A stretch of 54,426 nucleotides of DNA, taken from an uncultured Dehalococcoidia bacterium (GTDB taxonomy: Bacteria; Chloroflexota; Dehalococcoidia; Lucifugimonadales; UBA826). The position numbers were made by a program, and so were the translations under genes. Every line of letters starts with the position of its first letter. Position 1 is the first letter of the stretch. The DNA lies in NCBI GenBank assembly GCA_964652755.1, contig CAZZBP010000006.1, positions 1 to 54,426 of the forward strand, in the 5' to 3' direction. Below the pieces are notes generated by a model. That model was not told the origin of the DNA. It made no database searches and was given only the letters and a program-made list of their open reading frames with translations. Positions 46,930 through 54,426 of the stretch are shown here, piece by piece.

Positions 46930-47991
46930 TCATATAAGTGGCAGCTGAATCTTCTGGCCCGTTTGAGCGCTCATGGTGACGGCATCAGTAAATTCCATAT
47001 ATTTGACGCCGTCAAAAAAGCTTGTGTGCGTAACTGGCTCAATTCCCCTAATTGCATTAATAAACTCTTCCTCCACCCGCCACGCTCCTTGCTGATCAGT
47101 CGGAATCTCTATTGGGGCAAGCTCGGAGTCGCCTCTTCGTCCACCGCTCAGGGATGCTGGTGTTCTCGTCGCCCTCGACGGACCCTTTAGAAACAATGTT
47201 CCCTCCGTACCAAATAACCAAACACCATCAATTGGACCTAGTCCGGTTACAGAACTCAGTCTCATCCTCATAACAGGACCCGAAGCCATCTCACAAAGAA
47301 TCTCAACATGGTCTGGCACAGTGATGTGTCTATTAAAGCCTAAGTCATCAACCCTACTTTTCACGTGAACTCTGTTGATTGAGGTGACAGATTCAGCAGG
47401 CCCTAACCACCTCATAATTCCTTCATACCAGATCCCCATAGTCATTATGTTGTTACCACTGATATCCCTGTCATACCTCCAATGGAACGACGACTCTGTC
47501 TCTTTGAATCCGCCCTGGCTTATCACCAAATCAACCGATAGGACATCGCCAAGGTATCCTTCCGCTATAAGTTGATTTATTTTTTTATCGACTCCGAGAG
47601 TCATTGGAGACGGTACGACTTGTGCAATAAGATTAGGGCTAGCAAGAGACGCACTTAGCATGGCCCGAGCCTCTTCAGAATTCATAGCCATTCGAGCCTC
47701 TGTCAACACGTGTTTACCTGAGGCAAGCGCATCCACTACAAGTTGGCAATGCATATATGGCCATGTTCCAATACAAATCGCATTGGAGTCCGAACCTTGT
47801 AAAAGTTCTTCCCAGTCGTCATAGACTTTTCTTATACCAAACTCATCAGCCACTTTTTTACCAGACTCTCTGCTGCGGTTTGCTACAGAGGCAAGAGTCA
47901 CACCTTCTATCTCTTTGAAGCCTGGTAAGTGTCTCAACCGGGTGTTTCCCCCCGCTCCAATAAAACCAATATTAATCAGGTCGTTGGCCAT
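46930..47991 (-). CDS. Gfo/Idh/MocA family oxidoreductase
   Basis: IGFIGAGG Rossmann motif, IGTWPYMH and GKHVLTEARMA (variant of EKP). Confidence 0.9.
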   Translation of the reverse strand: MANDLINIGFIGAGGNTRLRHLPGFKEIEGVTLASVANRSRESGKKVADEFGIRKVYDDWEELLQGSDSNAICIGTWPYMHCQLVVDALASGKHVLTEARMAMNSEEARAMLSASLASPNLIAQVVPSPMTLGVDKKINQLIAEGYLGDVLSVDLVISQGGFKETESSFHWRYDRDISGNNIMTMGIWYEGIMRWLGPAESVTSINRVHVKSRVDDLGFNRHITVPDHVEILCEMASGPVMRMRLSSVTGLGPIDGVWLFGTEGTLFLKGPSRATRTPASLSGGRRGDSELAPIEIPTDQQGAWRVEEEFINAIRGIEPVTHTSFFDGVKYMEFTDAVTMSAQTGQKIQLPLI

Positions 47992-48024
47992 TTCACACCT
48001 GCCTTTAGATGTTCAGGAATTCGT

Positions 48025-48555
48025 TCATTGAATCGCATCGTCTAGAGAACTTTCCAAGAGCCCGACAGCCCCGGACAGGTCCGCCCCCATCCTGAAGTCA
48101 GTCCCCTTCAATATTGTTTCGTTCATATTGGCGCCTGAGAAAGTGGCTCCCCAACAATTCGCGTCGGCCATGTTTGCCCCTTGAAGATTGGCATCGGTCA
48201 AATTACTACCCCGCAAGTTTGCCGAAGACAAATCGGAGTAAGACAAGTCGGCACCCATAAGATAAGTTTCTTCCAGGTTGGCCGGGGATAAGTCAGTTCC
48301 GGTTAAATTCGCATTCCTCAATTTTGCGCCCCTCAGGTCAGCCCCACAAAGAGTAGCTCCGGTTAGATCAGCCCCAGTAAGGTCCGAACCGTTGAGATCA
48401 GCTTGAGTTAGATCAGCATTACTAAGGTTAGTTCCTACTAATGATGACCCATGAAACTTCATCTCGCGTAGTTCCAACCCGGACATTTCCGCGCCATCCA
48501 AACTTTCCCCTGTTTCTACAGCTCCTGCAACTTTTGCACGGTTCATATCTTCCAT
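48025..48555 (-). CDS. Pentapeptide-repeat protein
   Basis: Continuous A(D/N)Lxx repeats (ADLTQ ADLNG SDLTG ADLTG ...). Confidence 0.95.
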   Translation of the reverse strand: MEDMNRAKVAGAVETGESLDGAEMSGLELREMKFHGSSLVGTNLSNADLTQADLNGSDLTGADLTGATLCGADLRGAKLRNANLTGTDLSPANLEETYLMGADLSYSDLSSANLRGSNLTDANLQGANMADANCWGATFSGANMNETILKGTDFRMGADLSGAVGLLESSLDDAIQ

Positions 48556-48613
48556 CTTGTTATATCATCTCGTTCGTTCATTTAGACGCGAAACCGTTGT
48601 ACCTTGGATTTCC

Positions 48614-49072
48614 TTAGTCTGGCTCATCCCAGATCCTCCATAGATCTGCCCTAGATCTCTTTGTCTGCCAAATATTGACCCCTTCTATCAAGGCTTTGTT
48701 TAAATTTGTATCATAAAACTCAGCTTGCCAAACGTCGGCCCCTCTAAGATCAGCCGCCTGAAGAATCGCCCCTGTAAGGTTTGCCTCCGTGAGATTTGCC
48801 CTTCTCAGATCCGCACGCTCCAGATTAGCCTTCGAAAGATTCGCATTTTTTAACGAAGTATCCCGCAAATCTGCCCCTTCCAGATTGGCATTGCTGAGAT
48901 TAGCTCCATCTAAGCTTGCATTCCTCAAATTCGCCATTCTTAAATCTGAGCCACTCAGCATGGCTCCATCGAATGTTCCTTCGCTTAGATCAAGACCTGA
49001 AAGATCGCAGTTCTCTAGGGTTTCACCGCTAAGCACTTTTTTTGAAATCTCTTCACTTGTGGATTGAGCCAT
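48614..49072 (-). CDS. Pentapeptide-repeat protein
   Basis: Continuous A(D/N)Lxx repeats (ANLRN ASLDG ANLSN ANLEG ADLRD ...). Confidence 0.95.
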   Translation of the reverse strand: MAQSTSEEISKKVLSGETLENCDLSGLDLSEGTFDGAMLSGSDLRMANLRNASLDGANLSNANLEGADLRDTSLKNANLSKANLERADLRRANLTEANLTGAILQAADLRGADVWQAEFYDTNLNKALIEGVNIWQTKRSRADLWRIWDEPD

Positions 49073-49096
49073 CTTCTCTTTAGTTACCGAGGAATA

Positions 49097-50095
49097 TCAG
49101 TCCGCCTCTCCTTCCAATTTATCTAATTGTGCTTTTCGATCTCTGATCGATTGAAGTAATTCGTTTTCACTTCCTTCCGGATTCCTGTCTGCAAACAACT
49201 CCACTAGACCTTGAGCTTCTTTAGTTCTTGCCATGTCCTTTGCTAAATCCTTGAACCCTTCTTTGAAGACGCTTCGCCCGTTATAAGGACAAACCATTAG
49301 GCACACCTTGCACCCATGAAGGCTCAGAAAGTAAGGTTCACATGCTCCTGTATCTACGTGCCAGCGATAAACGCCGTTTACGTTCTGTTTTTCTGGCTGG
49401 ATAGCCTCTCCGGGACAGAACCTTGTACAGACATTACACGTTTCACACGTTCTGTCTATTCCAAAATCTTTCGGCCCATCAACAGAAATTGGAATGTTCG
49501 TGGATACGGCACTCAGTCGGAATGAGGAGCCTAGTTCCGGGCTTATCAAGGATCCGTGTTTTCCAAGCTCTCCTAGACCAGCTAAGTAAGCATAGGGAAC
49601 ATGGGCAAGTTCTCCGCCATTTGCATGTGCCCTGGCGTCATAACCCATACTGCCTATGTAGTGAGCAAGCCTGACTCCGATGTCAAACATCTTGTGGTAC
49701 ACCCTCAGCACTTCTTGCTGGGAAATCGGTCCCACACTAGCGATGACATCGTATTTCATCGCTACTCCAAAGGCGATAACCCTTGTATGATCTAGAACTT
49801 CCGAATCGGTAAATGTGAACTGCGGGTCGTATTCGGCAACGCCAACAACATCGGCCCCCAGTTCCTTGGCATATTCTTTTATATGTTGTGCGATAGCATC
49901 AGGATCATCGATCTCTTGTCTATTCCTATTGATAATCGCATCGCGTATTGGCGTCAGAACTTGATTCATCAGCCACGCATACCTCTTCGACTCACTCGTG
50001 TACCTTCTAAGATACGGCATGGATTCCGGTGCCTGACTGGCTGCACCATCCTTACGCCTTCTCTTTGGTCTGACCGCATTTTTAATATCAATCAA
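49097..50095 (-). CDS. Reductive dehalogenase-like / QueG-superfamily cobalamin and 2x[4Fe-4S] protein, no Tat signal
   Basis: IKEYAKELGADVVGV, AGLGELGKHGSLISPELG..FRL..VSTNIPI..D.PKDFG, CETCNVCTRFCP and WHVDTGAC...CKVCLMVCPY. Confidence 0.8.
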   Translation of the reverse strand: MIDIKNAVRPKRRRKDGAASQAPESMPYLRRYTSESKRYAWLMNQVLTPIRDAIINRNRQEIDDPDAIAQHIKEYAKELGADVVGVAEYDPQFTFTDSEVLDHTRVIAFGVAMKYDVIASVGPISQQEVLRVYHKMFDIGVRLAHYIGSMGYDARAHANGGELAHVPYAYLAGLGELGKHGSLISPELGSSFRLSAVSTNIPISVDGPKDFGIDRTCETCNVCTRFCPGEAIQPEKQNVNGVYRWHVDTGACEPYFLSLHGCKVCLMVCPYNGRSVFKEGFKDLAKDMARTKEAQGLVELFADRNPEGSENELLQSIRDRKAQLDKLEGEAD

Positions 50096-50138
50096 CTGAC
50101 ACCCCCTTGCCTAATGTAAAGTCCTGGGAATTCTTCTC

Positions 50139-51224
50139 TCAAGCAATCGCGTAGAGACAACCGTCATCCGCTCCCAAATATATCCTCCCTCCTTCCTCAA
50201 TTGCAGGTGATGTGCGAATAGTTTGTCCAATATTCATGGTCCAAAGTTCTTCTCCTACAGAAGAAAGTCCATAAATAGTCCCATCTTGACAACACAAAAG
50301 TACAGACCCGTTCTCTGTTGAAACCACCGGAGAGGACCTGATCCTACATGACGAGTGGAACCGCCATTTTTCAGAACCATTCTGACTATCTAATGCGTAT
50401 AAGTTACCGTCATCACTTCCGATCAATACTGTACCGTCAGAAGAGATTGATGGTGATGACAAGACTGGCTTTTCAGTCATGAACTCCCATCTTATATCCC
50501 CGCTTTCCGTGTCAATACCTCTCACAGCTCCGTCAGCAGAACCTATGAAGACTAAGCCCGTCTCAGCGATGCCCGCTGAAGATTGAATGGCACCCAACAT
50601 ACCAACGAACGGAGATGCATAAACAGAACCGCCCAGCATCTTAGACCAAATACTTTTTCCTGTTTCCTCCGATATCGCATAGAGATGGCCATCAAAAGAA
50701 GAGATAAATACCTTCCCATCACGGGAGATAGAAGGAGAAGATCGGATCCTACCGCCCGTCACAAATGTCCACTCTTTTTCTCCCGATTCGGAATTAATCG
50801 CATAAAGTGTTCCATCATCTGATCCACAGAAAACCATTCCTTTCTCATTTTCTATAGGCGACGACATGACATATGAAAGCGTCGGAACTGTCCATTTAAC
50901 TTGACCCAAACTATCAAATCCATAGATTTTGAAATCGTATGAACCAACGTAAATATTACCCTTTTCTCCTACGCCCGGTGATCCTACTATGTGATCGAGG
51001 GTCTGAGAGGTCCATTGCGTCTCTCCTTCTGCACTCACGGCATACAGTCTGTGATCCCAAGAACCAATATAAACGGTACCGTCATCACCTGTGACAGGTG
51101 ATGACCTAGCGTAATCACCGATTTGTCTGGACCACAGGATTTGTGGTTCTTCAGCTGGAATAACCCGAGTCCGCCCCGCACGCCGCGGCCCTCCCCTAAA
51201 TATGGGCCAACCTCCATTATTCAT
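50139..51224 (-). CDS. PQQ-like (BamB/YxaL-type) beta-propeller repeat protein, no signal peptide
   Basis: About 8 repeats of SSP...DGxVxIGSxDGxLYA...GxxKW. The N-terminus WPIFRGG has no hydrophobic leader. Confidence 0.9.
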   Translation of the reverse strand: MNNGGWPIFRGGPRRAGRTRVIPAEEPQILWSRQIGDYARSSPVTGDDGTVYIGSWDHRLYAVSAEGETQWTSQTLDHIVGSPGVGEKGNIYVGSYDFKIYGFDSLGQVKWTVPTLSYVMSSPIENEKGMVFCGSDDGTLYAINSESGEKEWTFVTGGRIRSSPSISRDGKVFISSFDGHLYAISEETGKSIWSKMLGGSVYASPFVGMLGAIQSSAGIAETGLVFIGSADGAVRGIDTESGDIRWEFMTEKPVLSSPSISSDGTVLIGSDDGNLYALDSQNGSEKWRFHSSCRIRSSPVVSTENGSVLLCCQDGTIYGLSSVGEELWTMNIGQTIRTSPAIEEGGRIYLGADDGCLYAIA

Positions 51225-51240
51225 ATCCTTTTTTTCTTAT

Positions 51241-52698
51241 TCATTTAACTTTTGCTGCAGCCCCTTCAATAATGGCAAGAACCGAATCCTTAGCCTCACT
51301 TTTATCGTATCTGCTGTAAGTAGCGGCGGCGGTCCGATGAGGATCTCCCGTAAAAAACTTCTCATATAATCCCTGCCTGCCCCCAAAAGAACTGCACGCG
51401 ACATCCCAAGCCATTCTGAAGAGCTGGGTTCTTTGCTTCCCATTCAAACTGTCGGTTCCCAAATAATTCTCCAGAAATCCGCCCATTTCTGTCTCGAAAT
51501 CCGCCTCGGTTGGTATGGCCATGAGACTACTGGACCCCAGTAATTGAAGTATCTCCATTGCTCTTGGATAACCCTTTGCAAAAGTTGCTCGTGCAACGGT
51601 AAGTGGAGTTGAATCAGGAGTGAGTAATCCCCAATCGTTTATCGTCGCGTTTTGAACCGAAGCTGTTATACAAGCCTTCATTAACTCATGTGTGACAACC
51701 AGTTCCGAGGCTAAAGCTTGGATGTGGGGAGTTTCACTTGTACCTAGAGTCTCTGTCATAAGGGCAGCAAGGCCAAGTATAAACTCAGACTTGGCTATGT
51801 TCTTAACTATCACTTGAGACCTTATATGGCCCCCTGCTCCCGTTTCTGCAGCGTGTCGGTTAGCGAGGTCTACATCTTTTAGAATGAAGACTCGATCCCA
51901 AGGAACGAGAACATCATCAAATATTACAAGAGCGTCACTTTCGTCGAATCGTGACCCAAGTGGGTGGTCGAAAAAAGACCTTCCTAGATCTAAACTTTCC
52001 CGACATAGAAATCTAAGACCCTGGGTATCGCAAGGAAGAGCAAAGCCAACTGCATAATCAACAAAATCGGGATCGGTTCTAGTGGAAGAAGAGGGAAGCA
52101 CAAGCAACTCATCACTTATTGCCGCCAGGGTTGCCAGAACCCTTGCGCCCTTTACTACTATTCCCTTTCCTGTTTCCTTCACGCAGCGAAGGCCGAGTTC
52201 ATCCCCCTTCAACAACGAAGAAGATGATTTGCTCTTCCTCACATTCACTAAGGTATGGGTTAATGAAAGGTCGTGATCTCTCACATGCTGAGCATAATTC
52301 GTAATATTCTCACCGAAGCTCTCGTTCTTCTGCCCAAAGAAGCCTCCAGCGGCACCGAAGGCCGTAATCATCACATTTAAAAAGTCGGGAGTTCGCCCAA
52401 GCATACCTCCGCTCAATTTAGCCCAACTCAACATCATTTCATTACGTTCTTCAAGGTTTGTCCTCGTTCTTGGCTCTAAAAAGGACATCCCGACGGGTTC
52501 CCCTGTTGCAGGAGATGGGAAGGTCATCTTAACCGAATTTGCGTCATATTGCGTGTCATAAAGAGAGGCAATTGATCCGGCACATCTTGCGAAGGCCGGA
52601 TGGCTTGTTACGTCCTTGACCTGCTCTCCCTCAATCCAAATGTCTCTTGGGTGAGCGCGCAGTCCTTCCAGGTATTCTTCGCCAGTCCTAGCCGTCAT
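51241..52698 (-). CDS. Group D two-component flavin monooxygenase, oxygenase subunit (HpaB-like)
   Basis: RTGEEYLEGL, DVTSHPAF, GRTPDFLN, GARVLAT, DHPLGSRFDESDA..FDDVLVPWDRVF and SSFGGRQGLYEKFF.GDP. Confidence 0.92.
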   Translation of the reverse strand: MTARTGEEYLEGLRAHPRDIWIEGEQVKDVTSHPAFARCAGSIASLYDTQYDANSVKMTFPSPATGEPVGMSFLEPRTRTNLEERNEMMLSWAKLSGGMLGRTPDFLNVMITAFGAAGGFFGQKNESFGENITNYAQHVRDHDLSLTHTLVNVRKSKSSSSLLKGDELGLRCVKETGKGIVVKGARVLATLAAISDELLVLPSSSTRTDPDFVDYAVGFALPCDTQGLRFLCRESLDLGRSFFDHPLGSRFDESDALVIFDDVLVPWDRVFILKDVDLANRHAAETGAGGHIRSQVIVKNIAKSEFILGLAALMTETLGTSETPHIQALASELVVTHELMKACITASVQNATINDWGLLTPDSTPLTVARATFAKGYPRAMEILQLLGSSSLMAIPTEADFETEMGGFLENYLGTDSLNGKQRTQLFRMAWDVACSSFGGRQGLYEKFFTGDPHRTAAATYSRYDKSEAKDSVLAIIEGAAAKVK

Positions 52699-52785
52699 CG
52701 AGTAACCTTTTTATCGAGGCTCATAGAATCCACACCGATATGTTCTGGCAGGTTATAACAATCAAACCTAGCGATATTCAGTGAC

Positions 52786-53271
52786 TCAAAGCCTTGCATC
52801 AGTTAGTTTTTCGCCTGCGTGACCCTCTAAGGTGCCGGGAAATTCTCCGGCAAATAGGTATCCTTCCTGAGGCCATTCAGAAGGCGGGAGCTCGTGAAAA
52901 AGCTCGATCTCGTTTCCATCGGGATCAGAAAAGTAAAAGCCTAGTGACACCCCATGATCAGCTATGCCGTCAATAGTCATTCCTTGTTCAACACATTTCC
53001 GATAGGTCTCCCTCAATTCCTCTAGGCTAGCCATTTCCCAAGCGAAGTGGACCAATCCAATCCCTTTTTCACGAGCGTCTTTTGGAGCGTCCTTGGCGTC
53101 GATGAGAGCAAGTTCATGTGACGCATTACCACGGGCACTCATGAAAACCATCATTCCCCCAGGCCTTACCGTGGTGACGCTGAGCCCAAGAATTTCTTTA
53201 TAAAAATTTACCGATTTATCCAGATCACCAACTCGCAAAACCAGGTGCCCCAGTTGCTTTACTGCTGCCAT
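52786..53271 (-). CDS. VOC-family protein (single-domain, catechol dioxygenase/glyoxalase-like)
   Basis: LGHLVL, HELAL, GLVHFAW and DHGVSLGFYFSDPDGNEIEL, giving His/His/Glu metal ligands. Confidence 0.9.
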   Translation of the reverse strand: MAAVKQLGHLVLRVGDLDKSVNFYKEILGLSVTTVRPGGMMVFMSARGNASHELALIDAKDAPKDAREKGIGLVHFAWEMASLEELRETYRKCVEQGMTIDGIADHGVSLGFYFSDPDGNEIELFHELPPSEWPQEGYLFAGEFPGTLEGHAGEKLTDARL

Positions 53272-53329
53272 CTAAAGTGCCTCCCTTTAATAATCTCCTA
53301 ACATTTCAATAGTGACTCCGCTATCTCTC

Positions 53330-54127
53330 TCATGTCATCGCTTTTTCTGGTTGATCTGCATTAGCTATCTTAAGAAAGCTCTTTAAATGGGGAAGAACAC
53401 AAGCACTCTTTCGCGATACCTCTAGATGCTTCAACCCAGGAAAGGAAACGAATTTACAGTTGTCCAACGAGTTGGCAAGTCTTTTAACCCCGGCACTGTA
53501 ATCGTCATCCTCTCCAACATAAAGCATCAACGGACATTCTGCTCTTGTTACTGCAAGATCTATGTCTACCGGCATATTTTCAGAGGCCTTGATAGAAGCT
53601 AACAGCGCTTTGGGGTCGTTCCGGAGAAATCGCTCTCGATGAGTGGGGCTCATTGGCCCACCGTGAACCTCAAGGGTTCTGGCCACTTGCTCTATTTCTT
53701 CTTGCTCCAAGATCTTGGACCATCGACTTGATGGGGAATCATCATCTGAAGAATAAGGATGCATGCCCCCCACGATTAAGGATTTCAGGCGTTCGACAGC
53801 AAATTGTGCCATTCCAAAACCTATTTTCCCTCCCATTGAATAACCATGAAAATTAGCTAGTTGGATGTTTTCGTGGTCGAGCACCGATATAACGTCTTGA
53901 ACCCTGTGCTCGAGTTTGTAGGATTCAACGGTGTGAGGTTTGTCACTTAAACCATGCCCCCGTGCATCTATCAGAATTAGTCGGTAATTGTCAGCCAACT
54001 GGCGGGTATAACCGTATTCGAACCAATGGTCGAGGCTACTGGTGAATCCGTGTTGCATTACCAGCGCCGGCCCCTCACCGATCACCCGGTAATTGATCCT
54101 AGTCCCGCTGTTAAATGCGTACGGCAT
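53330..54127 (-). CDS. Alpha/beta fold hydrolase
   Basis: HGF oxyanion motif, DARGHGLS, GYSMG nucleophile, GEDD acid and C-terminal His. Confidence 0.92.
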   Translation of the reverse strand: MPYAFNSGTRINYRVIGEGPALVMQHGFTSSLDHWFEYGYTRQLADNYRLILIDARGHGLSDKPHTVESYKLEHRVQDVISVLDHENIQLANFHGYSMGGKIGFGMAQFAVERLKSLIVGGMHPYSSDDDSPSSRWSKILEQEEIEQVARTLEVHGGPMSPTHRERFLRNDPKALLASIKASENMPVDIDLAVTRAECPLMLYVGEDDDYSAGVKRLANSLDNCKFVSFPGLKHLEVSRKSACVLPHLKSFLKIANADQPEKAMT

Positions 54128-54374
54128 TCACTGACCACACAACCTATCCATTTTCATGATTACATCTAGTATGATGGGGCCAAAGTTTACGCTAGCAGTC
54201 AGCCGTGTGTCCATGAAATTTAATCATAGCGATGTGAACACAAAACCATGATTAATTTGTATCTATAGGCGATTCTTACTATCTTTGTTGATGTTGTTTG
54301 ATTTCATAACCCAACCTTAGTGCAAATTGCGGCAGAAAACGATTTGCAATCGATGGAAAATACAACTAGCTATA

Positions 54375-54426
54375 TGGAGCCGACGGTCGGGTTCGAACCG
54401 ACGACCTGCTGTTTACAAAACAGCTG
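54375..54426 (-). tRNA. tRNA-Thr(TGT), 5' part beyond the window, CCA encoded
   Basis: Minus strand reads GCTGT-TT-TGT-AA-ACAGC (anticodon arm), GTCGG-TTCGAAC-CCGAC (T arm) and CGTCGGC-T-CCA. Confidence 0.93.

Noticed and set aside
48025-49072. 15-bp periodic DNA repeats as a CRISPR array or other non-coding repeat
   Set aside because: The periodicity is explained by pentapeptide-repeat coding. There is no repeat-spacer structure or cas gene in the window.
53330-54127. Classical meta-cleavage product hydrolase (BphD/MhpC)
   Set aside because: The nucleophile motif is GYSMG rather than GNSxG, and the HGxGPG motif is absent. Its role in the proposed pathway remains inference.
54128-54426. Genomic island integrated at tRNA-Thr
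   Set aside because: No integrase, no duplicated tRNA 3' end spotted elsewhere in the window, and no obvious compositional break in the adjacent genes.

Overview
A 54-kb bacterial chromosomal segment of moderate GC. The gene content suggests marine Chloroflexota, probably SAR202/Dehalococcoidia (inference): several luciferase-like monooxygenases, class III CoA-transferases, heteromeric acyl-CoA dehydrogenases, DUF1800/DUF1501, PT-rich lipoproteins, and dnaA near nadD without dnaN. From left to right it holds a partial SDR; a ccmH-ccmF-ccmI-like cluster with an extra membrane protein; an HtrA lipoprotein; an acyl-CoA catabolic cluster resembling steroid side-chain or methyl-branched acyl degradation; a thiolase-like/DUF35/HAD operon; an inositol monophosphatase; a ~245-nt highly foldable GC-rich element upstream of dnaA (candidate undescribed ncRNA); dnaA with two convergent histidine phosphatases; pyrE, nadD and a class III aminotransferase; a GMC oxidoreductase; a PPOX-DUF1800-DUF1501-NHL run; a peptide-type ABC importer with embedded PLP enzymes and no ATPase; a minus-strand run (hydrolase, VOC, HpaB-like, beta-propeller, reductive-dehalogenase-like, two pentapeptide-repeat proteins, Gfo/Idh/MocA, LLM) that may be an undescribed (halo)aromatic catabolic system; and tRNA-Thr(TGT) at the right edge. 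At least five decayed genes are missed or split by the ORF track (SDR stub, alpha/beta hydrolase, MFS, MlrC with a large deletion, cupin). No CRISPR array, transposase or integrase was seen. All assignments come from motif recognition by eye; no database searches were run.
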